From Planctomycetota bacterium (GTDB taxonomy: Bacteria; Planctomycetota; MHYJ01; JACQXL01), in contig JACQXL010000155.1 of the NCBI GenBank assembly GCA_016208805.1, positions 1 to 42,758 on the forward strand: a DNA stretch of 42,758 bases, read 5' to 3'. Shown here in pieces: positions 34,965 to 42,758 of the stretch. Position 1 is the first letter of the stretch; each line of letters starts with the position of its first letter. Below the pieces are notes generated by a model. It made no database searches. It had not been told where the DNA came from and was given only the letters and a program-made list of their open reading frames with translations. Made by a program: the position numbers and the translations under genes.

Positions 34965-36118
34965 AATTCTATCGTCATCGGCATCACCAGGTAAATATAA
35001 TCCTTGCCGTGCTTTATCATCGCCGGCGAAGTTTTATCTTTCAGTTCCAGCGAGATATTATCCCGTCCGATAACCCGCAGGACGTCTATGAAATAATCCG
35101 GGTTGAAAGTGGTCTTAAGCGCCGTGCTGTCGTATTTGATGCCGAGCGTGATTTTCGCCTCGCCCACATCCGGCGTGCGGGACAGCAGCGTCAGTTTGTC
35201 TTTATCAATGTCCATCTGGGTGGCCCGGAGTTTATCGGTGGTGACCAGCGCCACCCGCCGCATTGCCGATAACAATTCCTCGGCCGGCAGTTCTATCTTT
35301 TTGTCGTTATCCGCCGGGACGATGTTCTCGTAATCCGGGAACACGCCCTCTATCAGCCGGCAGAATAACAATGCATCCGGCATCCCTTTCCGCGGCACGC
35401 TGATTTTCAACTGCGTTTCGTCCGCCTCAAGTTTGATATTAATATCTTCTTCCTTGGCGCCCTTTTTGCCGCCTTCTTCGTCGTCATCCGGTCGGCCGGG
35501 CAGGAGGTGTTCCAGAAGCGTCATCATCTTGGGCGGCACAATCACCTTGATATCATCGGTCACGCCCTGTTCGGTGCGCCGTTTGATATAGGCCAATCGC
35601 TTGCCGTCGCTGGCCACCAACCGCAGTTCTTTCTTCCTTATCTCCAGCAACAAGCCGGTCAGGGCGTACCGGCTGACCTCTATGGAAGTGGCGAATATGG
35701 TCTTGCGAACCATCTCTTTTAGTCCCCTGGCGCTGATTTCTACGGCCTTTTTACCGTTAAAGGTCGGAAAATCCGGATACTCCGCCACATCGCCGCACAT
35801 TATCCGGTATTTACTGTCTTTAGTAACTATCTCGGCGACGTTGCCGTCGCTTTCTATCTTGATTTTCTCGTCCGGTGTTTCTCTCAATATCGCTCCAAAC
35901 CGCGCGGCCGGGATAATCACCGTTCCCTTTTCTTTTGTTTCCCCTCTGACATAACTCTGTATCCCGGCTTCCAGGTCGGTTCCGATAATGGAGATGGTTT
36001 TATCATCCGCCGTTATCTTGATATTCTGTAGAACCGGCATTGTGCTCTTGGTTGGAATAATGGTGTTCAGGCTCTGGAACGTTTCCAACATTGAATTCTT
36101 GTCGCAGGTAATTTTCAT
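34961..36118 (-). CDS. dnaN: DNA polymerase III beta sliding clamp
   Basis: MKITCDKNSMLETFQSLNTIIPTKSTMPVLQNIKI is a typical clamp N-terminus. The size and the position after dnaA fit. Confidence 0.9.
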
Positions 36119-36414
36119 AGTTTACTCCTTCTATAATACTTAAACTATTCCTTTATTAAATTATCGTATTCTTATTCCTATAATCTCCTTTAATGTGGAA
36201 TCGCCAGTCAGTTTTCCCTAACCCGTTATCCGGGTAAAAGATATTGCCGACCTGTTTCCGGATAACATTGTGAATAACCTGTTGATATCCTGTTAATCTT
36301 CGGCACGCACGGGCCGTTTTATCTGGCCCGTGTTAATAACATCCCGGAACCGTGTTTTCATCCTCCTATATAAACATAATAACCACCGGTTTCCCACTAA
36401 TTTTCAACTTTTCC
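36119..36414. other. probable oriC segment (AT-rich unwinding region plus DnaA-box-like 9-mers) between dnaA and dnaN
   Basis: AT-rich 36125-36195. TGTGAATAA (36269-36277) matches TGTGGATAA in 8 of 9 positions. Weaker boxes are TGTGGAATC (36194), TTATCCGGG (36226), CCGGATAAC (36258) and TGTTAATAA (36331). Confidence 0.5.
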
Positions 36415-37836
36415 TCAAGCGACGGATTTCTTTAATTCGTTAACCAGAATATCCATTGTCGCCGCGAACTGCTTATCCTTTGAAATCCGCTGTTTGACCT
36501 TCTCAATGGCATACAGGACGGTGGAATGGTCCCGCCCGCCGAAGGCGTTGCCGATTTCCTCCAGCGAATAATAAGGATTTAACAAACGCGCCAGATAAAT
36601 GCCTATCTGCCGGGCTGTCGTAATCGTTCTATCACGTTTCTTTGACTGCAAATCGGACGGCGTCAGGTTAAAATGACCGCTAACCGCTTTCTGGACGGTC
36701 TCAAAGGTTATCGGATATGCACCGATTTTAACAATATCCTTAATGGCTTCTTTAGCCAGGCTGACGTCAATCGGCCGATGAGTGGCCCTGGATAGCCCGA
36801 TAACGGTATTGATGGCGCCCTCAAGGTCGCGCACATTAGTGCTGATATTGGTGGCCAGGAAACTAATCGCTTCGTCCGGCACATCTGTCCCGCCCAGGGT
36901 GGCCTTACTGCGCAGGATGGCCGTGCTGGTCTCAAAATCAGGCGCATCCAGCCGTGCCACCACGCCCCACTTGAACCGCGAAACCAATCGGTCTATCAGG
37001 TTGGGGATATTCTGGGGCGGCGAATCGCTGGAAAGAATTATCTGTCGCTGGCTGTTATGCAAAGCATTGAACGTATGGAAGAATTCCTCCTGGCTGGCCG
37101 GCTTGTCGCCCTTGCCTAAAAAATGGATATCGTCTATCACTAAAATATCAATCTGCCGGTATCTATTCCGGAACTGTTCCAGTTTGCCGGCCTGGATGGC
37201 GGCGATATAATCATTTACAAACCCCTCGCAGGAACGGTAACAGATATCGGTCTTGGGATTACGGTCCAGCACGGTATGGCAGATGGCCTGCAAGAGATGG
37301 GTCTTGCCGAGGCCAACCGAGCCGTGGATAAAGACCGGGTTATAGGCCTTGCCCGGATTTTCGGCCACGGCCAGCGCGGCCTCGTGGGCAAAACGGTTAC
37401 AGGAGCCGACAATAAACCGGTCAAATGTAAAGTTACGATTCAAACCCAGTTCACACCGCGGGGTCTCCTTGGTTTCTACCGGGGCCGGCATAACGGGTTT
37501 CGGCTCACCCGGTGTTTCTCCCTCGGCCTGGGGACCAACCCCAAAAAGCGGCATCTGGCCGTCCGCGCCGGTCGGGCCGTTGCTGTTGGCCGAAACCGAG
37601 AACCGCACCTTGTAACTCCCGCCCAGGGTCGTCTCTAGCGCCTTCTGAATCAACACCCCGTAATTGCGCTCATACCACTGGCGGTAATAGACGTTGGGCA
37701 GCGGAATCTCTATGGTATTCTGGCCGTCGTCTATCAGGTCTATGGACTGGAACCAGCGCTCAAAGTGTTGCTGGCCGACCGTGTCTTTCAGGTTATCCAG
37801 CAACCGGGACTTTAATTCGGAGGACAACGAAGCCAT
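36415..37836 (-). CDS. dnaA: chromosomal replication initiator protein DnaA
   Basis: AAA+ Walker A GSVGLGKTHLLQAI, LVIDDIHFL, and the C-terminal DNA-binding ..ARQIGIYLARLL..SLEEIGNAFGGRDHSTVLYA. Confidence 0.92.
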   Translation of the reverse strand: MASLSSELKSRLLDNLKDTVGQQHFERWFQSIDLIDDGQNTIEIPLPNVYYRQWYERNYGVLIQKALETTLGGSYKVRFSVSANSNGPTGADGQMPLFGVGPQAEGETPGEPKPVMPAPVETKETPRCELGLNRNFTFDRFIVGSCNRFAHEAALAVAENPGKAYNPVFIHGSVGLGKTHLLQAICHTVLDRNPKTDICYRSCEGFVNDYIAAIQAGKLEQFRNRYRQIDILVIDDIHFLGKGDKPASQEEFFHTFNALHNSQRQIILSSDSPPQNIPNLIDRLVSRFKWGVVARLDAPDFETSTAILRSKATLGGTDVPDEAISFLATNISTNVRDLEGAINTVIGLSRATHRPIDVSLAKEAIKDIVKIGAYPITFETVQKAVSGHFNLTPSDLQSKKRDRTITTARQIGIYLARLLNPYYSLEEIGNAFGGRDHSTVLYAIEKVKQRISKDKQFAATMDILVNELKKSVA

Positions 37837-38011
37837 TTTATTAACCCTGTTTCAGATTCATGACATATTCGCAGAACGGCCATTAGAACCTAAATACTTA
37901 ATAAAGTCAAGAAATATAAAAACAAAACAACCATAGGCCGTTCCGGCATGCCGTAACGCTTTTTTAACGAGAGTCGCCCGGGCCTGCAACATTTCTAAAG
38001 GCGAACCCGCC

Positions 38012-38569
38012 CTATTTTTCCGGCACGAAATAGACATCCGTTGGCTTGAACTTGGCGTTGCGCTTGAACTGAGCCCGGACCTTCATGCCCACCCAATCCA
38101 GGCTCGGGTTGGCCGCGTCCACGCCGACCAGCCGGGTCAGGAAAAGGGTATCAACCTTGTCCCACTCAATCAAAGCCAGCACAAAGGGCGTTTCCTTCAG
38201 GAACTCCTCGCTCCCGAACTGGCAGACGGTGAACGTATGCACCCGTCCGGTTAATGGCAGTTCAATCCAATTACAGCGCGTGCCACAGTTCATGCAATGG
38301 CCCTTGGGCGTGCCGTAGGTGTAGCCGCACTTGGAGCATTTGGTGCCCAGCAATTTGCCGTTGGCCAGCCCGGCGAAGAACGGCGAATCCTGGCCGAAAC
38401 TGTGGATGTAATCAATGTGGTACGGCTGTTTGATGATTATCGGCGACATATCGTGCAGGTCTTTCAGGTTCTTGGGGAACGGCACCCGGAACAGAATTGC
38501 CCCGTCATCCGTCTCGGCCAGTTTAATCTTTTCCGTGAGCGGCTTTTTTTCCAAGCATGTTTGTTTCAT
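38012..38569 (-). CDS. DUF35 zinc-ribbon/OB-fold protein (thiolase-associated)
   Basis: CSKCGYTYGTPKGHCMNCG zinc ribbon followed by an OB-fold-like segment. It lies directly downstream of a thiolase-like gene, which is the usual pairing. Confidence 0.75.
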   Translation of the reverse strand: MKQTCLEKKPLTEKIKLAETDDGAILFRVPFPKNLKDLHDMSPIIIKQPYHIDYIHSFGQDSPFFAGLANGKLLGTKCSKCGYTYGTPKGHCMNCGTRCNWIELPLTGRVHTFTVCQFGSEEFLKETPFVLALIEWDKVDTLFLTRLVGVDAANPSLDWVGMKVRAQFKRNAKFKPTDVYFVPEK

Positions 38570-38585
38570 AGAAGTATCTCCCTCT

Positions 38586-39920
38586 TTAATTCTTTTCTAA
38601 TATTGAAACGGTTACATAGGTCCCGGTGCCGGCGTGGCTGTGAATCGCGCCGCGCTTGGCATCCTTGACCTGGATGGTATTGTCGCCCAGGTGCTTTTTG
38701 ATACTTCCCTGTAGTTGCCAGAGCGCGAAGACGGCCTGCATCAGGCCGGTGGCGCCGACCGGGTGTCCGCAGGCAATCAAGCCGCCGGACGGGTTGACCG
38801 GAATCTCGCCCTGCCGGGGCAGTTTACCCAGCCCGTAATTAATATTGGGCATAAACGGCGCGCCCGATTCCACGAATGCGCCGCCTTCGCCGTATTTACA
38901 CAGCCCCATATCCTCGTAGGTCTGTATCTCGGACGAGGTGTAGGCATCGTGCAGTTCCACGAAATCTATATCTTTAATCGGGTTGTTAATCCCGGCGTGT
39001 TCGTAGGCCAATTTGGAAGCCGTCCGCCCGGCCCGGAACGAATGCACGCCCGGATATTTCAATCCTTTATAATCCGATTTTTTCTCGTGCGGCAGCAGGA
39101 TGACGTCCGCGTGCGGCCGGTCGGCCATACGCATTGCGTCCGTGCCCCGGCCGACGCCGGTGACCTTGACCAGTTTAGGCGACTTGCCGGTCGCCTTGCG
39201 GATACGCTCCACGCCTTCCTCGCTGGCCAGGACGCAGGCCGCCGCGCCGTCGCTCATCACGCAGATATCCAGCAAGGTCAGCGGCCAGGCCACCATATCT
39301 GAATTGCGCACATCCGCGATGGTCAGCTTACGCCGTTTCTGGGCGTATTTGTTATGGAATGCGTTGATGTGGTTCTTGACCGAAACGCGGGCCAGTTGTT
39401 CCACGGTCGTGCCGAACTCCTGCATATGGCGCACCACCATCATCGCATAATAGCCCGAATAAAAACCGCCTACCGGGTAATCAAAACTTACATCAGAAGC
39501 CAGCGCGATGAACTCGTTGCCTTTCCATGTATTTACGTGCGACATTGTCTCAAACCCGTAGGCCACGCAGGTATCCATCACGCCCGATGCGATATTCTTG
39601 TATGCCTCCTGGAAACACACGCCGCCGGTGGCGCCGCCGGCTTCAACCCGGTGGCCCGGCAACGGGCACAGCCCCAGGTAGTCCTGGACCATTATGCCGG
39701 ACATCAACTGGCGCTGGAAATGGTCTGAAAAATATGATGCCACGCTACCGTCAAACACCTCGCGCGCCTGGCGGTTGTCCAGCCCGATATCCTTCAAGGC
39801 GTAATCGTACGCCTCCTTGACCATCGGTTGGAAGGTCACATCCGGCCTGGCCTTGGCGAACTTGCTGATGCCGCCGGATATGAAATAAACATCACGCCGG
39901 CCGTTCTTCTGTTTTGCCAT
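38586..39920 (-). CDS. thiolase-domain protein (SCP-x/archaeal-type acetyl-CoA acyltransferase family)
   Basis: The thiolase-like C-terminus is NPSGGLIACGHPVGATGL..HSHAGTG. The start was chosen at MAKQKNG (GGAGG 8 nt upstream). The track extension to 40133 runs into a MITE and is unlikely. Confidence 0.8.
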   Translation of the reverse strand: MAKQKNGRRDVYFISGGISKFAKARPDVTFQPMVKEAYDYALKDIGLDNRQAREVFDGSVASYFSDHFQRQLMSGIMVQDYLGLCPLPGHRVEAGGATGGVCFQEAYKNIASGVMDTCVAYGFETMSHVNTWKGNEFIALASDVSFDYPVGGFYSGYYAMMVVRHMQEFGTTVEQLARVSVKNHINAFHNKYAQKRRKLTIADVRNSDMVAWPLTLLDICVMSDGAAACVLASEEGVERIRKATGKSPKLVKVTGVGRGTDAMRMADRPHADVILLPHEKKSDYKGLKYPGVHSFRAGRTASKLAYEHAGINNPIKDIDFVELHDAYTSSEIQTYEDMGLCKYGEGGAFVESGAPFMPNINYGLGKLPRQGEIPVNPSGGLIACGHPVGATGLMQAVFALWQLQGSIKKHLGDNTIQVKDAKRGAIHSHAGTGTYVTVSILEKN

Positions 39921-40069
39921 ATCAACATCCTCCATTTCTCCGCCCCACACCGGAGGCGTGCCCGACCAATATACATCCGCCCGGACGCCTGTCAAGAAAG
40001 CCGGCATTAAATATTGACACCATCTACGGCAATATGGTATGTATCCCCCCTTTGTATTTGGAGCGAAAA

Positions 40070-40190
40070 CAGGCTGTCCAAAAAGTGTCATTCTGAGGCG
40101 TGAGCCGAAGAATCTCTGCCGTGGAACCTGCATAAAACCGAGATTCTTCGCTTCGCTCAGAATGACAAATGGGACTTATTAGACAGCCTG
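40070..40190. mobile_element. ~121-bp MITE-like element (GTCATTCTGAG..GAAGAATCTC family) in a divergent promoter region
   Basis: CAGGCTGTCCAAAAAGTGTCATTCTGAGG..GAAGAATCTC..GAGATTCTTC..CTCAGAATGACA..GACAGCCTG, with inverted termini and the family core. Confidence 0.7.
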
Positions 40191-40202
40191 AAAATATATA
40201 TT

Positions 40203-42320
40203 ATGGATTTGAACTTAGTCCGTAACATCGGCATTATGGCGCATATTGACGCCGGCAAGACCACCCTGACCGAGCGCATCCTGTTTTACACGGGTAAATC
40301 GCACAAACTGGGCGAGGTGCACGACGGCAAAGCCCAGATGGACTGGATGAAACAGGAGCAGGAACGCGGCATCACCATCACTGCCGCGGCCACCACCTGC
40401 TACTGGAAAGAACACCGGATAAACATCATTGATACGCCCGGACACGTGGATTTCACCGTGGAAGTGGAACGGAGTTTGCGCGTGCTGGACGGCGCCATTG
40501 CGGTCTTCTGCGCCGTGGGCGGCGTGGAACCGCAGTCCGAGGCCGTCTGGCAGCAGTCGCACAAATACAACGTCCCCAAAATCGCATTCATCAACAAGAT
40601 GGACCGGCCCGGGGCCGATTTCTTGGGAGTGGTCAAAAGCATTGAGACCGACCTGGGCGCCAACGCCATCCCGATGCAGATTCCCATCGGTGCGGAAGAC
40701 AAATTCCGGGGCGTGATTGACCTGCTGGAAATGAAGGCATTCATCCACGACGATGCCGCACCGGACAGCGACATCAGCGTTGAAGATATCCCGGCTGAAT
40801 ATTTAGCCGATGCCCAAAAATACCACCACATCCTGGTGGAAAAGGCCGTTGAACTGGACGATACCCTGATGGCCAAATACTTTGAGGGCGAGGCCGGCAT
40901 CACCAAACCGGAACTCATCCAGGCCATCCGCAAAGGCGCCATCGCCAACAAGGTCGTGCCGGTCCTGTGCGGCGCCGCATTCAAGAACAAAGGCGTGCGC
41001 AAACTGCTTGATGCCGTAACGATGTATCTGCCCGCGCCGCTGGATTTGCCGCCGGTAAAAGGCACCGACCCGTCCGACCCGACAAAAATCATAGAGCGCA
41101 GACCGGATGACGCCGAGCCGTTTACCGCGTTGGCATTCAAGGTCCAGGCCGACCCGCATATGGGCAAACTCGTCTATTTCCGGGTCTATTCCGGCAAACT
41201 TGAGGCCGGCGGCCACGTGCTCAACGTCACCAAGGACCGCAAAGAACGGATGATTCGGATTCTCCAGATGCACGCCAACCAGCGCGAGAACCGGTCCGAT
41301 ATCCACGCGGGCGAAATCGCCGTCGGCATCGGACTGGAACACACCGTCACCGGCGACACGCTCTGCGACCCGGCCCACCCCATCCTGCTGGAGTCAATAG
41401 AATTCCCGGCGCCGGTTATCTCCATCAGCATCAAACCCATAGCGCAAGCCGATAAAGACCGGCTGGGCAAGGGACTGTCACGGCTGTCCGAGGAAGACCC
41501 GACCTTTAGCGTCCACGTTGACCAGGAGACCGAGGAAACCATCCTTTCCGGTATGGGCGAACTGCACCTGGAAATCATCGTGGACCGGCTGAAGCACGAA
41601 TTCAGCGCCAATGTCACGGCCGGCCAGCCTAAGGTCGCCTACAAGGAAACGATTATCAATACCGCAGTGGAAAAATATAAACACGTCAAACAGACCGGCG
41701 GCCACGGCCAGTATGCCCACGTGGAACTGGAGGTCTCGCCGGGCAAACCGGGCGAGGGGTTTGAGTTTGAAAACAGCATCTCCCAGGGCGCCATCCCGCG
41801 CGAATTCATTCCGGCTGTGGAAAAGGGCGTGATTGATGCGATGCACAAGGGCGTGCTGGCCGGTTATCCGGTCGTGGACGTCAAGGTTGACCTGGTGGAC
41901 GGCTCGTTCCACGAGGTGGACTCATCGGAGTTGGCCTTCCGGACCGCGGCCCGTGAATGTTTCAAGCGGGCGTTCAGCAAGGCCGGTCCGGTATTGCTGG
42001 AGCCGTATATGTCGCTGGAAATCACCACTCCGGCCGAGTATATGGGCAACATTGTCGGGCACGTCTGTTCCAAGCGGGGCAAGGTGCTGGCCATAGAGGG
42101 CCGGGCCGACCGGTCCCGAAATAATCGGGACTCCGCTGCGGCTACGCAGGTGATAGAGGCCGAGGCGCCGTTGTCCGAGATGTTCGGCTATGTCTCAACC
42201 CTGCGCTCGCTCAGCAGCGGTCGGGCCAATTACTCAATGCACTTTGAGAAATATCTTCAAGTCCCCTTTGAAATCGCCGAGCAGATAATAGAGGCCGCCG
42301 CCAAACGCAGTCAGTCCTAA
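40203..42320 (+). CDS. fusA: translation elongation factor G
   Basis: [33 protein letters not shown] and the C-terminal [11 protein letters not shown]...GRA are canonical EF-G. Confidence 0.92.
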   Translation: MDLNLVRNIGIMAHIDAGKTTLTERILFYTGKSHKLGEVHDGKAQMDWMKQEQERGITITAAATTCYWKEHRINIIDTPGHVDFTVEVERSLRVLDGAIAVFCAVGGVEPQSEAVWQQSHKYNVPKIAFINKMDRPGADFLGVVKSIETDLGANAIPMQIPIGAEDKFRGVIDLLEMKAFIHDDAAPDSDISVEDIPAEYLADAQKYHHILVEKAVELDDTLMAKYFEGEAGITKPELIQAIRKGAIANKVVPVLCGAAFKNKGVRKLLDAVTMYLPAPLDLPPVKGTDPSDPTKIIERRPDDAEPFTALAFKVQADPHMGKLVYFRVYSGKLEAGGHVLNVTKDRKERMIRILQMHANQRENRSDIHAGEIAVGIGLEHTVTGDTLCDPAHPILLESIEFPAPVISISIKPIAQADKDRLGKGLSRLSEEDPTFSVHVDQETEETILSGMGELHLEIIVDRLKHEFSANVTAGQPKVAYKETIINTAVEKYKHVKQTGGHGQYAHVELEVSPGKPGEGFEFENSISQGAIPREFIPAVEKGVIDAMHKGVLAGYPVVDVKVDLVDGSFHEVDSSELAFRTAARECFKRAFSKAGPVLLEPYMSLEITTPAEYMGNIVGHVCSKRGKVLAIEGRADRSRNNRDSAAATQVIEAEAPLSEMFGYVSTLRSLSSGRANYSMHFEKYLQVPFEIAEQIIEAAAKRSQS
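42105..42146. repeat. GTCCCGA..TCGGGAC hairpin repeat inserted in frame within fusA
   Basis: It encodes [14 protein letters not shown], where EF-G normally has only ~2-3 residues before [12 protein letters not shown]. The hairpin GTCCCGAAATAATCGGGAC (42113-42131) resembles GTCCCGATAATCATCGGGG in the 11656/13183 repeats. Confidence 0.65.
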
Positions 42321-42336
42321 AGGAGAAGCGGTAGTG

Positions 42337-42481
42337 CGGCAGTTTGAGTCCCGCCTCTGGCGGGATAAACTGCGCGAATTATTGAGCCACAGCGAAATCC
42401 CGTACTTATGCGGGACTGCCGACTATACTGGGCTGCCCTAAAGGTGGTACAGCCGATTGCTCCTTTAGGATGGACCATAAT
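42337..42481. repeat. intergenic copy of the element that is inserted in proS
   Basis: CGGCAGTTTGAG..GCGAATTATTG..GGCTGCCCTAAAGGTGGTACAGCCGATTGCTCCTTTAGGATGGACCATAAT. Track ORF 42406..42588 is an artefact. Confidence 0.8.
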
Positions 42482-42581
42482 TCAGTTCCCTCAAACAGCC
42501 CAAGTATCAGACTACCTTTAGGGCAAGCGGGACGGCGAATAACCAACCGTTCACGCCGGCGGGCGGGAAACCACCTCGTTC

Positions 42582-42610
42582 TTGACACGCCTCAGCGGAT
42601 ATGGCATAAT
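42582..42610 (+). promoter_or_regulatory. sigma70-type promoter TTGACA-N17-CATAAT
   Basis: Hexamers read directly. It is followed by AAGGAGAG and a GTG at 42634. Confidence 0.45.
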
Positions 42611-42659
42611 CGGCACAATAAAGGAGAGTAAACGTGCCGCACGATACAAACCTAATAAA

Positions 42660-42758
42660 CTGAACTCTTGCGAAATGGGAAATAAACCACCCAAAAAGTG
42701 TCATTCTGAGCCCGTAGGGCGAACAATCCCTGCCTGCCGCGCTCCGCTTGGCGCAGGC
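42660..42758. mobile_element. partial MITE copy (same family and terminus as 12555-12768, inverted), running off the window end
   Basis: CTGAACTCTTGCGAAATGGGAAATAAACCACCCAAAAAGTGTCATTCTGAGCCCGTAGGGCGAA is the reverse complement of the right end of the 12555-12768 element. Confidence 0.8.

Noticed and set aside
39921-40133. N-terminal extension of the thiolase ORF to 40133, and of proS to 8083
   Set aside because: The thiolase extension runs into the MITE at 40070-40190 and has no homology. A GGAGG-preceded ATG at 39920 starts the conserved MAKQKNGRRDVYF.. N-terminus. Likewise, the ProS conserved N-terminus starts at the 8143 ATG.

Overview
This 42.8-kb chromosomal window covers the replication-origin neighbourhood (dnaA-dnaN-DUF721-gyrB, with an AT-rich gap carrying DnaA-box-like sequences) of a moderately GC-rich bacterium. 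It is probably an uncultivated anaerobe. Core content: Wood-Ljungdahl genes (cooC, cooS/acsA, acsB); c-di-GMP signalling proteins (PAS/GAF-GGDEF, double HD-GYP); and housekeeping genes (trxB fragment, rplU, proS, ruvC, purC, fusA, moaB-like, an ABC-2 exporter pair, a DUF35/thiolase pair). A ~10.7-kb accessory stretch lies between purC (ends 11584) and a small EamA transporter (22327). In order, it holds: (1) a toxin-antitoxin-like small-protein/nucleotidyltransferase pair whose second gene is split by a MITE with a clean 6-bp target-site duplication; (2) a strictly phased array of fourteen 22-bp units; (3) a visibly AT-rich block of four translationally coupled genes (SPPY amino-methyltransferase, putative nuclease, SAP-domain protein, wHTH/zinc-ribbon protein), which is my best candidate for an undescribed multi-gene restriction/defence-type system; (4) several orphan genes; and (5) a tail-fibre-like protein with about fifteen decapeptide repeats, followed by an orphan diverged copy of its own 3' end. 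Several families of short palindromic repeats and MITEs occur throughout the window. Copies sit in frame inside proS, purC and fusA, and one appears to supply the hydrophobic N-terminus of another protein. gyrB is broken into two overlapping ORFs by a frameshifting loss of a conserved segment. I recognised no rRNA, tRNA or CRISPR array. All functional calls come from motifs read by eye in the supplied translations; no database search was possible.
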